64,000 nucleotides of DNA, from positions 8,820 to 72,819 of the forward strand of contig CAXHJY010001753.1 in the NCBI GenBank assembly GCA_964016885.1, read 5' to 3'. The DNA comes from Eledone cirrhosa (Eukaryota). Position numbers and translations under genes: made by a program. This document shows positions 1 through 12,029 of this stretch, piece after piece. The notes beneath the pieces were generated by a model that made no database searches, was not told the origin of the DNA, and saw only the letters and a list, made by a program, of their open reading frames with translations. The first letter of the stretch is position 1. Each line of letters starts with the position of its first letter.

Positions 1-74
1 ACTTTGGCGTAAAGGGACGTAAATCTATGCCGCAAAGCATGTTGCCCGACGCTCTACCGATACTGCCACTCCAC
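1..74 (-). mobile_element. tRNA-derived SINE, 5' part, truncated by the window edge
   Basis: Reverse complement matches the SINE head gtggattggcagtatcggtagag. Confidence 0.75.
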
Positions 75-1172
75 TGCTCTCATTATGTTTACATATAATA
101 ATCACACCTCTAGTGCCGCTGTAAGTATTCAAACTGCGAACATGACGCAACAACCAGGATAAAAACAGCGGATGTATTTCTACTGACGATATGTTCGTAG
201 CTTGAATTCTAACAGTGAGACAGGATGCCTGTATATTTCTTAGACGTAAACATAATGAATATAGGCTCATATATACCTTTATTCTGAATCACACTGTGTT
301 AGTGCTATTGTTAATTAAAACTAACTGATCAAACTTGCCCTAAATATAAATAAGAATCCACGAAGAATAGTATGTTGTATGTTGTATGTTTAGAAGATCC
401 TATGAGAAGATATCGTACAGATGTGTAAATGAACGCTCGCTTACGATTTGTAAGCACATCCACCGCTTTTATTCTGGTTGCCGGGGTAACTGCAACGTGT
501 TCGCAGCTTAAATTCTGCTAGGGGGACTAGAAATACGAATATTATACGTAAACATGCAGTTATGTCTCTCTTTACTTTTATCCTTACGGGGTCGATAAAT
601 TAAAGCACCAGTAATTCACTGGGGTCGATTTAATCGACTTTCCTTTCCGCCAAATTGCTAACCATGTAGCTAAATCAGAAACCATTATATGAATTCATAT
701 ATGAATTCATATACACCTTTATTCTTTATGGCCTTACTATTGCACTGGTTTTGGTCTAACATCATTCTTCTTTACCGTCTCTTTCTTGTATCCTTATTGT
801 TCATTTCATTTACCCTTACTTTCCAATGTTTCTTTGCCCCGTCAATTTGTTTACTTCATTCTCCCTTTATTGTATTCCAAACTCAAATCTAATCGTACTT
901 ACTTTTTAAACTCCTCCCGTTACTGTCGCCTTACTCTTCTTTTGCTCTCAACCTTTCTTTTCATTTTATTCCTCTCATTCTCTTATTTTAATCGACTTTC
1001 TCCACAACAATAAAATGTTGCCCTTGTGCGTAAATCAGAAACCACTATCCTATTTGCTCTATCCCTACTCATCGTTTGAGTTCCTTTATTTCAAGCCTGT
1101 TCGTCCGTAGCTATCAGTAGTCTCTTGTTTTACGCTCTCCATATTTTGTTCACCGTTATTTTAAAAAAAATA

Positions 1173-1362
1173 GGGCGCTGGATTGGCAGTATCGGTAGAG
1201 GGTCGGACGCCATGCTTTCCAGCATAGTTACGTCCCTTTACGATCTGAGTTCAAATCCCGCCGAGGTTGACTTTGCCTTTCATCCTTACGGGGTCGATAA
1301 AATAAAGAACCAGTAATACACTTGGTAATTGCTGGCCTTGTGCCTAAAGTAGAAACAGTTAT
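1173..1362 (+). mobile_element. tRNA-derived SINE, full length (main family)
   Basis: A-box-like tggcagtatcgg, B-box gagttcaaatcc, conserved body ctttgcctttcatccttacggggtcgataaaataaag. Many copies in the window. Confidence 0.9.
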
Positions 1363-1809
1363 TTAACAAAAAATTGGATTCGCTAGAAATACGGAAAGAA
1401 GCGAGTAAAAGAGAGCAAGATAGAGAAAGATAGAAAGAAAGGGAAAGATAGAAAGACAGACAAACAGAGAAGAAGAGAAAATAAGAATATGCAGAGTAGA
1501 GAGAGAAGAGCCGAGAATGAAATAAATAAAAAACAGGGGAAAAAAGATGGCGATTAGGATAATTCCCGCGGTATTTTCTGGAAAAATACTAAAATGGAAT
1601 CTAAAATATCAGTGAAGATGATGATAATTATGATGATGATGTTGATGACGTTAATGATGATGTTTATACTGATCATAGTGATGACTTTGATGAATATGGT
1701 GGTGGGGATGATAATTATTGTTATGATAAGGACAATGAGGATGGTGATGATTGATTTTCATGATTATTGTGATGGTTAGGATAATGGTTGGGGTTAAACG
1801 TCATAACAT

Positions 1810-4385
1810 TGATAGTGGTTGTGGTAGTGGTTGTGGTGGTGGTAATGGTGGTTGTGGTTGTAATGATGATGGTTGTGGTAGTGGTTGTAGTGGTGGTAAT
1901 GGTGGTTGTGGTTGTAATGATAGTGGTTGTGGTAGTGGTTGTGGTGGTGGTAATGGTGGTTGTGGTTGTAATGATGATGGTTGTGGTAGTGGTTGTAGTG
2001 GTGGTAATGGTGGTTGTGGTTGTAATGATAGTGGTTGTGGTAGTGGTTGTGGTGGTGGTAATGGTGGTTGTGGTTGTAATGATGATGGTTGTGGTAGTGG
2101 TTGTAGTGGTGGTAATGGTGGTTGTGGTTGTAATGATAGTGGTTGTGGTAGTGGTTGTGGTGGTGGTAATGGTGGTTGTGGTTGTAATGATGATGGTTGT
2201 GGTAGTGGTTGTAGTGGTGGTAATGGTGGTTGTGGTTGTAATGATAGTGGTTGTGGTAGTGGTTGTGGTGGTGGTAATGGTGGTTGTGGTTGTAATGATG
2301 ATGGTTGTGGTAGTGGTTGTAGTGGTGGTAATGGTGGTTGTGGTTGTAATGATAGTGGTTGTGGTAGTGGTTGTGGTGGTGGTAATGGTGGTTGTGGTTG
2401 TAATGATAGTGGTTGTGGTAGTGGTTGTAGTGGTGGTAATGATGGTTGTGGTTGTAATGATGGTGGTTGTGGTAGTGGTAATGGCGGATGTGGTTGTAAT
2501 GATGGTGGTTGTGGTAGTGGTTGTGGTGGTGGTAATGGTGGTTGTGGTTGTAAAGATGGTGGTTGTGGTAGTGGTTGTGGTGGTGGTAATGGTGGTTGTG
2601 GTTGTAATGATGGTGGTTGTGGTGGTGGTAATGGTGGTTGTGGTTGTAATGATGGTGGTTGTGGTAGTGGTAATGGCGGATGTGGTTGTAATGATGGTGG
2701 TTGTGGTAGTGGTTGTGGTGGTGGTAATGGTGGTTGTGATTGTAATGATGGTGGTTGTGGTAGTGGTTGTAGTGGTGGTAATGGTGGTTGTGGTTGTAAT
2801 GATGGTGGTTGTGGTGGTGGTAATGGTGGTTGTGGTTGTAATGATGGTGGTTGTGGTGGTGGTAATGGTGGTTGTGGTTGTAATGATGGTGGTTGTGGTA
2901 GTGGTTATGGTGGTTGTGGTTGTAATGATCGTGGTTGTGGTAGTGGTTGTGGTGGTGGTAATGGTGGTTGTGGTTGTAATGATGATGGTGTGGTAGTGGT
3001 TTGTGGTGGTAATGGTGGTTGTGGTTGTAATAATGGTGGTTGTGGTAGTGGTTGTGGTGGTGGTAATGGTGGTTGTGGTTGTAATGATGGTGGTTGTGGT
3101 GGTGGTTGTGGTGGTGGTAATGGTGGTTGTGGTTGTAATGATGATGGTTGTGGTAGTGGTTGTAGTGGTGGTAATGGTAGTTGTGGTTGTAATGATGATG
3201 GTTGTGGTAATGGTTGTAGTGGTGGTAATGGTAGTTGTGGTTGTAATGATGGTGGTTGTGGTAGTGGTTGTGGTGGTGGTAATGGTGGTTGTGGTTGTAA
3301 TGATGATGGTTGTGGTGGTGGTTGTGGTGGTGGTAATGGTGGTTGTGGTTGTAATGATGATGGTTGTGGTAATAGTTGTAGTGGTGGTAATGGTAGTTGT
3401 GGTTGTAATGATCGTGGTTGTGGTAGTGGTTGTGGTGGTGGTAATGGTGGTTGTGGTTGTAATGATGGTTGTTGTGGTTGTGGTTGTGGTGGTGGTAATG
3501 GTAGTTGTGGTTGTAATGATGGTGGTTGTGGTAGAGGTTGTGGTGGTGGTAATGGTGGTTGCGGTTGTAATGATGACGGTTGTGGTGGTGGTAATGGTGG
3601 TTGTGGTTATAATGATGATGGTTGTGGTAATGGTTGTGGTGGTGGTAATGGTGGTTGTGGTTGTAATGATGGTGGTTGTGGTAGAGGTTGTGGTGGTGGT
3701 AATGGTGGTTGCGGTTGTAATGATGACGGTTGTGGTGGTGGTAATGGTGGTTGTGGTTGTAATGATGATGGTTGTGGTAATGGTTGTGGTGGTGGTAATG
3801 GTGGTAATGGTTGTAATGATGGTGGTTGTGGTAGTGGTTGTGGTGGTGGTAATGGTGGTTGCGGTTGTAATAATGGTGGTTGTGGTGGTGGTAATGGTGG
3901 TTGTGGTTGTAATGATGACGGTTGTGGTAGCGGTTGTGGTGGTGGTAATAGTGGTTGTGGTTGTAATGATGGTGGTTGTGGTAGTGGTTGTGGTGGTGGT
4001 AATGGTGGTTGTGGTTGTAATGATGGTGGTTGTGGTAGCGGTTGTGGTGGTGGTAATGGTAGTTGTGGTTGTAATGATGGTGGTTGTGGTAGTGGTTGTG
4101 GTGGTGGTAATAGTAGTTGTGGTTGTAATGATGGTGGTTGTGGTAGTGGTTGTGGTAATGGTGGTTGTGGTTGTGGTAGTGGTGGTAATGGTAGTTGTGG
4201 TTGTAATGATGGTGGTTGTGGTAGTGGTTGTGGTGGTGGTAATAGTGGTTGTGGTTGTAATGATGGTGGTTGTGGTAGTGGTTGTGGTGGTGGTAATGGT
4301 GGTTGTAGTTGTAATGATGGTGGTTGTGGTAGTGGTTGTAGTGGTGGTAATGGTAGTAATGGTGGTTGTAATGATGGTGGTTGCG
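1810..4385. repeat. GGT/TGT/AAT/GAT compound minisatellite, 54-bp unit with a 108-bp dimer in the first ~600 bp
   Basis: gatagtggttgtggtagtgg recurs every 108 bp from 1811. Units shorten and diverge downstream. Confidence 0.95.
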
Positions 4386-5325
4386 ACCGTGTTGATTGAA
4401 GTGGAGGAGGTTGTGGTATTGATGATGTTGAAGATGATAATGATGGTCATTAGATTGTATCGATGAACAATGAACAAGATAATTGCAGCAATTAAAATCT
4501 AAAGCCGAGGCAAACGATAAAAAAGTATTTAAAAAAACAACAACAAGGAAATATGCGAAATGAAATTCAATTAAGATAGAATAGAATATTTCGAATGATC
4601 GTTTGATTGTTTATTTGAATTCATATGATTTCATTAGAAGTATTGTGGTATAGTGTTGTTGTTGTGTGCTTTCATTCCCTTTTAAAGAGATGTTGTTTCT
4701 CGGAACTCGTGCATATATGCGTGAGAGACTCGAAAACCAAATCTATGCATATGTACATTTGAATGGATACATATATGCTTATATGTGTAGATGTGAGTAC
4801 ATATTAGTGTGTAAGTACGTTTTTGTTTGTGTAGGTACATAAGTGCGTCCGTATGTGTGTGTGTGTGTGTGTGAGGGCATCCACGTTTGTGTAAGTCTGG
4901 TGAAAACGAAATGCCCAATCAGATAAGCTATTGCAATATTAATTAATATATTGTCACAGAGATATTATGTAACAAATACCGTCATGTTTTTTTTTAAAAG
5001 AACATTAAACTATACAAGCTTCAAAAACACATAGGTTTCTGGAAATCTCTAACATATCAATTATAAACACCATTAGGCTTCTATGTAACCATGTGTATGT
5101 GATAGTAGCGAAATAACCGAGTCAATAATCCTATAACTTGTTTAATAATTCGCAGTCTCAAATGTGATAAATGTATTTTGTCTATTTATCTGTGTGAATG
5201 TGGAAGAGGCGAAATGACACTTCAGAATACCATCACACCCCCGTTCATATAACTGGCCGTGCTCATACAAATACATAATCTAGAAGTGCAATAAACACAA
5301 ACCAAATAGTAGCATTATTAATAAT

Positions 5326-5503
5326 AGTTTCTACTTTTGGCACGAGGCCAGCAATTATCCCAGTGTATTACTTTATTTTATCGACCCCGTAAGGATGAGG
5401 GGCAAAGTTAACCTTGGCGGGATTTGAACTCAGACCGCAAAGGGTCATAACTCTATGCTGCAAAGCATGGCGTTTGACCCTCTACAGATACTGCCAATCC
5501 ACC
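5326..5503 (-). mobile_element. SINE with 17-bp target-site duplication
   Basis: Reverse-complement copy flanked by gtagcattattaataat at 5309-5325 and 5504-5520. Confidence 0.9.
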
Positions 5504-5528
5504 GTAGCATTATTAATAATTTTTTAGA

Positions 5529-5715
5529 GGTGGATTGGCAGTATCGGTAGAGGGTCGGACGCCATGCCTTGACGCATAGAATTGCGGCCCTTTCCATTCT
5601 CAGTTCAAATCCAGCCGAGGTTAACTTTGTGTTTCATCTTTACGGGGTCGATACAATACAGTACCAGTAATGCACTGGATAATTGCTGGCCTTGTGCCAA
5701 AAGTAGAAACAATTA
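5529..5715 (+). mobile_element. SINE (main family)
   Basis: Same consensus as 1173-1362. Confidence 0.9.
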
Positions 5716-5721
5716 TTAATA

Positions 5722-5880
5722 ATTTTCTAATTTAGGCACAAAGCCAACAATTTCGGTGGAGGGGAAAGGTGATTTCAAATGGACCCTAGTGCGTTACTGA
5801 TACCTTAATTTATCGATCTCATAAGGATGAAATGCAAAGTTAACTTCGGTGGGATTTGAATTCAGAACATAAAGGGACGT
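5722..5880 (-). mobile_element. SINE, 5'-truncated, longer-tail variant
   Basis: Reverse complement of the SINE body and tail. Confidence 0.75.
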
Positions 5881-6271
5881 AATAGTATTATTAATAAGAA
5901 AAATTTATAGTATTGGCACAATGCTAAAAATTATATTGATCCTTGTAATTGGCTAGTATTTTATTTTATCGACCTCGGAAAAATCACAGGAAAAGATGAC
6001 ATTGAACGGGATTAATAGATCATAACTAAATACATCCTCGTGATCTATTTACGGTTGTAGTGTTTGTATGGCGCTTATGTTGTAGTCGTGAATATTAGTA
6101 TATCTGTAACTTTGGAGTATGTATAAATTTACCTGTATAATTATAGTGATATAAATTTACCTGTATAATTATAGTGTATCGATGGATTAGTTGTTGTATG
6201 AAGCGAGGAGTCACTGTAATAATGGTAGTATGCATTAAGATTAATCAGTCACAGTTTCAAAGCGAAATAAT

Positions 6272-6448
6272 TGTTTCTACTTTTGGCACAAGGCCAGAAA
6301 TTACCCAGTGTACTACTGGTACTTTATTTTATCGACCCCGTAAGGATGAAAGGCAAACTTAATCTCGGCGGGACTTGAATTCAGTCCGTAAAGGGACGTA
6401 ACTGTGCTGTAAATCATGGCGTCCGACCCTCTACCGATACTGCCAATC
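6272..6448 (-). mobile_element. SINE with 14-bp target-site duplication
   Basis: Flanked by caaagcgaaataat at 6258-6271 and 6449-6462. Confidence 0.9.
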
Positions 6449-6781
6449 CAAAGCGAAATAATGGGAAATGATTATAGGTGTGTATATTAATCATTCATTA
6501 AGAATAACATATCTTACAATGAAAAAGAAGAAAGACTATATATTTGACTTCTTAGAAACACCGGCATTTGCCTAAAGTTTTTCTCCGAAGAAGAGCAAGT
6601 GTTCTAACTGTTGAATTGTTCACACCCCACGGCAAACTATCTCATTGTAATTTTGTTACAACCTACCAGCATTTATGGATTAACTTTTGCCAACGCCGAA
6701 TATTACTAGTTACCTTAGATTCCAGTTTTTATAGTATATGAAACAACGATATTATCCAATTAACAAAGCATTCCAACTTAC

Positions 6782-6945
6782 AGTATAGTTATTTTTTAGA
6801 ACCTTCTCTCGAAAGTCGAAGTCTGCAACAACAAATGCGAGTAAGTATGAAGACATAATTGGTGAGGTGGCGTACTGGTTTCGTATCCACTTATCTGATA
6901 GTTTCGTTTGATTGATAATAGGCATATTACTAAGAGCAACATATC
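6782..6945 (-). CDS. Next coding exon of the same M1 aminopeptidase
   Basis: In phase with the previous exon: GYVALSNMPIINQTKLSDKWIRNQYATSPIMSSYLLAFVVADFDFREKVLKNNYT, with M1 motifs ALSNMP and PxMSxYLLAFVV. Acceptor ttttag, donor gtaagt. 164 bp. Not present in the supplied ORF track. Confidence 0.93.
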
Positions 6946-7675
6946 CTAAAATGGAAAAAAAAAAGAACGTGTATTTATTTTACATACATACGCTTGATGT
7001 CAACATAATATCCGAAGAATGAAATGCATTCTTCGTGACTAATTTAGTATATACTTTACAACTGCTATATTAAAAAGAAATGTTCTTTTCATCATCATCA
7101 TCATCATCATCATCGTCGTCATCGCCGCCGCCGTAAAAGAAGGGCTGGGCTGTTTATCTGTCTGTCCGTCACAAAATATATATATCTTGGACTGAAAAGA
7201 GGAGACAAACCCCTTTTTAAAGTTGAAAGGTGAAAGGAAGTAACTTATGTCATGCTTATAGTATATTGCAAGCTTCAGATTCTACAAGGGTTAGAGGTAA
7301 TAAGGTAGAGATCTGTAAGAGAGGGTGGTGATCAGGAGCTAGTTGGGAGGGGGTAACTTGTTCTTGTATAGTATTATTTTTTCATATCTAATATAGAACA
7401 TTATTATAGCTAGCATTTATAACTGATACTGAACCTTAAAACATAATTATCAATTATTTTTAATGATCTTCCAAAGTATTTTAGGCAAGGATTTATGGTA
7501 AATAAGGAAACTTAATGTTATCATGAACGTTGCGTTAGAGGCGTCTTTAAAAAGCATTTTCTTAACTGTTGATAATGGTTAATTGCTTGGAAAGTTTAAC
7601 ATAGAAATATGTGTAACGAAGGAAAAGAAATCTCAATAAAGTGGAAATCGGATAAATGAAGAAAATGACCTTTAC

Positions 7676-7785
7676 CTGGAGGATATATAATACTGACTGT
7701 AAATCGGGCTTTTAGGTCAGGTTCGTCGAAACAGGGGAATACTTTTCTTGCATCAGCTGCTTGTAGTTGGGACGAGGCCAAATAT
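7676..7785 (-). CDS. Internal coding exon of an M1 family aminopeptidase (aminopeptidase N-like)
   Basis: Translates (R)[36 protein letters not shown](G), containing the M1 motif ARxxFPCFDEP. Bounded by tgtag acceptor and gtaaag donor. 110 bp, phase 2 to phase 1. Confidence 0.93.
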
Positions 7786-7989
7786 CTACACAAAATAATT
7801 AACAGAATGACGTAGTTAGTAAATGATTTAGTTATGTCAGAAGAATTTCTATTTTATAAATTATTTCTATTTTTGGCAACTTTTACATCAATGTTTTTAA
7901 TCAAGGTTGGGATATATGAGTATGATCAAACTAACCACAATACGATTTGAACCTGTTTTTGGGATGCATGAAACTCGAAGGTGTATTGT

Positions 7990-8550
7990 ATCGTGTCTAA
8001 CTGACGCATCACTATCATCTCTATCACAATTGCCTGCATATGATCTACCTCCGTCGGTTTTCATGACGAGTGTTATAGTTGTTTGATTAACGGAACAGAC
8101 TGATCATGAAATTAACGTATAGTATGCTTAAGATTCCACAGATACGTGTACTCGTAAGGTAATACTCAGGGAGTGTGACATGACTGGTCCTTTGAATGAA
8201 AAGTACAGTCCATCCGACGGGCTTCCAAACAGCTTCCGTCTACCTAGCCTGGAGCTATGATAGATAACACTTGCTCAAGATGCCACGCATACATTTATGC
8301 TCATAAATCCTATGTAGCCTGGTTTCTATTTGTGTTTGGTGCGAATGTAGTATGGCCTAATGGTTAAGAAGTCCGCTTCACAATCATTAGGTCCTAATTT
8401 CGATCCCACTGCTTGGCTTTTCCGACAGGTGCTATTTACCATAGTTTTGGACTGATACTTGCCTTGGATAGACAGAAACTGTTTGGAACCCCGTCGGATG
8501 GACAGTGCCTTGAATTTCCCTGAGAATTACGTTAAGGAGGGGCACGAGTA
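7990..8550. mobile_element. Two diverged copies of a second tRNA-derived SINE family in opposite orientation
   Basis: tRNA-like head gtagtatggcctaatggttaag...ttcgatccc at ~8348. The segment gtccatccgacgggcttccaaacagcttccgtcta (~8208) is the reverse complement of ~8469-8503. Confidence 0.6.
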
Positions 8551-9104
8551 TATGTGTTATTAAATATGGTGGTTGATTTAAGACATTCTTTCAATCGTTG
8601 TGTAGTTTGTTCTGGGAATCTGTATTGTGAGTTCAAATTTGTTCGGAATCAATAAAGAAAGTACTAGCTAGCTGAGTACTGGTGCAGCTATCTTTTATTC
8701 TAGCTGTCGCATCCTAGATGTTCTGCTGGATCGCGAGTGTGCGAGTCGAGAAGGAGTCTGTGTCTGCTCGTGATTGTAAGGTCACCTAAAGCCCTAAGCA
8801 AAAACATCATAGTACATTCTACTAAGTCGTACACGATTATGTGTGATAGCTGTAGTATTTTATTATCAAGTCCCTACCATAAATACCGAGTCCATTAGAC
8901 CTCATTTGAAGCAGTGAATATATTTACCTTGGGGATTGCCACTGAAAACTTATATATTGGATCAAAACAATTCAGTTTAACAGGCCACACACATCACCAA
9001 GCGATTGAATTTAGTTTCATAATTTTAACCTATGACTGCATACGTTGATTATACTATTTTCCTTCCTATGGGTGTATGTATTTACAATTGAGTAGATTGC
9101 ATAA

Positions 9105-9420
9105 AATATGGCGAATTGGCATATTTAATAGAATGTCGGATAGAATGCTTTGACGTATCTGTTACGGTTCTCTTCTCTCTGAGTTCAAATTCCACCAAGG
9201 TCAACTTTGCCTTTCATCCATTCGGGGTCGGTAAAACAGTACTAGTCTAGTACTGGGGTCGATTCTTCCTCCCTATCCCTTTCTCACGTCTATTCTCTCA
9301 GTGTCTGTTGTATTCAGACCTGGAGAGGAGATACGCACCACCAGATTTTAAAAAGCTCTAGAAACATTGTATGTCAATTCAGCGCCCCTATGACCCCCGA
9401 CCCAAGAGTTACATAACCAT
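9105..9420 (+). mobile_element. SINE variant with 3' extension (also at 20450-20730 + and 58100-58430 -)
   Basis: SINE head and body followed by the shared tail tgttcagacctggagaggag...cagatttaaaa...ctagaaac in three places. Confidence 0.75.
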
Positions 9421-9704
9421 GCATATACATTGTATCAAAAAACCCAGATAATCATCTCACTGCCGGTAGTGGAAGGTCAGCAGTTCATTCCCTGTCCATG
9501 GTATTGTAGTAACTGAAATTAGGTAATGCAGGATGGTATAAATTTAATACTTTCGGGACTAATGGTGTTCTACCACCGAGGAGTATTATTCTGGTTTACG
9601 GTGGCAATTTCAATACCACTAACAAAACTGATTTCTCAATAGGAAGGTATGTTTCGCATCCACTTAACTTTCAAGAAAGTCAAGATAAATACACCCTCGC
9701 CCAT

Positions 9705-11710
9705 CTCTAATTGGAACAATCTCTCCTGTTTCCCATTTTGAAAATAGGCATTATCACTTACGATTGCCATTGCTTAGGTGCCTTTTCAGAGATCCAGGTC
9801 ACCCGGCACACACGAGTCAGCAAGAGAATATCTTCTCTATTTAAGGCTTTTAACATCCCCAGCGGCCCTGCCACATTTGAGCTTTTTAACTGCTCTTATG
9901 ACCTCAGTCTGCGAAAGATTAGTCACCGTTCCCAGATGCACCTCGTGCACATCAGAAAATGCTGTTGCGATCGGGTTCATGAGATCAGCAAAATATTCCC
10001 TTTAACTCGCGAGGATGCACCACTCTGCATAGAGGAGAACCCCAGATGCGTTTCTGATAGCAGATGTGGAGGAGAACGTCTTAATCCCAAAGTCCTCCCA
10101 TGTCTTAACTTTAGACACCTTTACTGTCTCTGCTGCGATTGAACCAAGGAGTCCTCCTGCCATTCGGAGCCATAGCAAGTCTCTTTCGCCCACAGCATTT
10201 AACAGCTGAAGCAGAAACTGTTGAGCTGAACAATCTCCACTCTGTCTCAAAGTCCCCAGTTTTCTCAGGGAGTTCTCTGAATTTGGATGCAATAGTATCT
10301 GTTTACCTGTTGTTGACTTCCATATGTACCAACGCTTCCCACTTTATCCTGTAGATCGTCCTGGACCTGTAAGTGTTGTGGGTTTCTTTGGCTTTAGTTT
10401 GTCTCGGGTTGCAGATAACCACATGGTGATAAACTGGTAACTCAGCCCCTCTCTTAACATCCAGCACAGAATGAAAGAAACCAGAGACGATAACAAAATC
10501 AATTACTGATCTCTGTCCCTGATTCCTTTTATACCATGTATATTTATGGATGTCTCTGTGCTGGAAAAATGTATTCATTATAGCATTATAGAGAGTCCAT
10601 TACTAAATCTAATAGTCTAATAAGTCCATTACTAGTCTAATAAGGCCTCTCTATTCCTTGGTAAGCCTCACCAGTAAAATCTATGCCAAGTTCCTGGGAA
10701 AGAGATACCCAGAGATTGTCGACTTCAAGCTAGCTGATGAACAGTATGATTTTCGCCCCGGGCGCAGCATAGCCGACCAAATATTCACACCGCGGCAGGT
10801 CTTCCAGATATCGTGGAAGTATTGCCAAGAGGTATATTTCTTTTTGTAGACTTCGAAAAAGCACGTGACCGCGTTTCTCCGGACCTGATGTGGAAGGATG
10901 TGCAAGAGTATGAGATCGATGGTAAGCTTCTTGCTCTCTTGATGTCTCTATACGAATGCCCGTGTATATGTGTTTGGATAAATGGTGCTAAATCGAAACC
11001 AATCAATGTAGGAGTCGGACTCCGCCAAATGTGCGTACTGTCACATCTCCTGTTCATTATTTTCATGAATAGAATTGATATGCACAGCCGTGCTGGAAGT
11101 GGTATCACGACTAGCTGGTGTAAAATCAGTCAAATGGAATTTGCAAACAACATGGTATTACTGAACTCGATAGGTGATCTCTGATTTGCATTTGATAGGT
11201 TTGTTGCCGACTGCTGCATGGCTGGAATGAAAATCAGTGCTGCGAAAACTGAGACACTCGTCCTCTCAAGCAAGCCTGCACATTGTACTTTACATGCGAT
11301 TGAATTTATACTGAAGCAGGTGGAGAAGATCAAGTATCTCGGGGCCGTGCTCACGAATGATGGACGGCAGGAGGTTGAATTAAGTGCAAGAATTGCAGGA
11401 GCTGGTGCAGTAATATGCCAGCTTCAGCATTCGGTAATCAGTGGAAGGGAGGTGGGTGAGGTCGAAACTCGCTATCTTCAATTCCTAATTCTTGACAAAC
11501 CTTACATATGGTCATGAGACTTGGTAATGACCGAAAAAATACGATCGCGAATGCAAGCGGCCGAAATGGGGTTCCTCTGAATGGTTTTTGTAGTAACGTT
11601 ATTCGATAGAGTGCGTAGCTCGGAAATGAGAGAGTCACTTCAGGTAGAGCTCCTACTTCTCCGAATTGAGAAATTACAGCTCCGATACTATGACCATATG
11701 GTTAGAAGTT
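9705..11710 (+). mobile_element. RTE-clade LINE, degraded, 5' part inverted (9705-10580 on -, 10640-11710 on +)
   Basis: Minus part: APE end (NTFFQHRDIHKYTWY...IDFVIVS...HHVV) through the RT N-terminus. Plus part: FRPGRSIADQIF, FVDFEKARDRV, GLRQMCVLS, KYLG, DRVRSSEMRESL. Contains stops and frameshifts. Confidence 0.85.
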
Positions 11711-11721
11711 CTCTTCGCTGT

Positions 11722-11727
11722 GTCTAT

Positions 11728-11822
<95 letters not shown>
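11722..11822. repeat. (CTAT)n microsatellite
   Basis: Seen directly. Confidence 0.95.
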
Positions 11823-11826
<4 letters not shown>

Positions 11827-12029
11827 GCCTGACGCGTCAAACATCGCCGGTAAGATTTTTTGTAAATTTATATCCGAAAAACAGAACAAATTGTTTGAAA
11901 AAACATATTATTTTGTAGATTAACCCCCAAGCTGGATCGTCAGCTGGGTGGTAATCCCATTTTTCGCCCCTTTAGGGGCGAAAATTAAATTTAAAAATTG
12001 TTTTAAAATATCAAATTTTGCAAACTATA

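Noticed and set aside
1173-1260. tRNA gene
   Set aside because: The A/B-box head is fused to a repeated body and tail with target-site duplications in other copies, so it is a SINE.
1721-4477. 918-aa poly-Thr mucin-like ORF and the poly-Val ORFs
   Set aside because: By-products of a stop-free trinucleotide-based satellite, with no supporting splice sites or domains.
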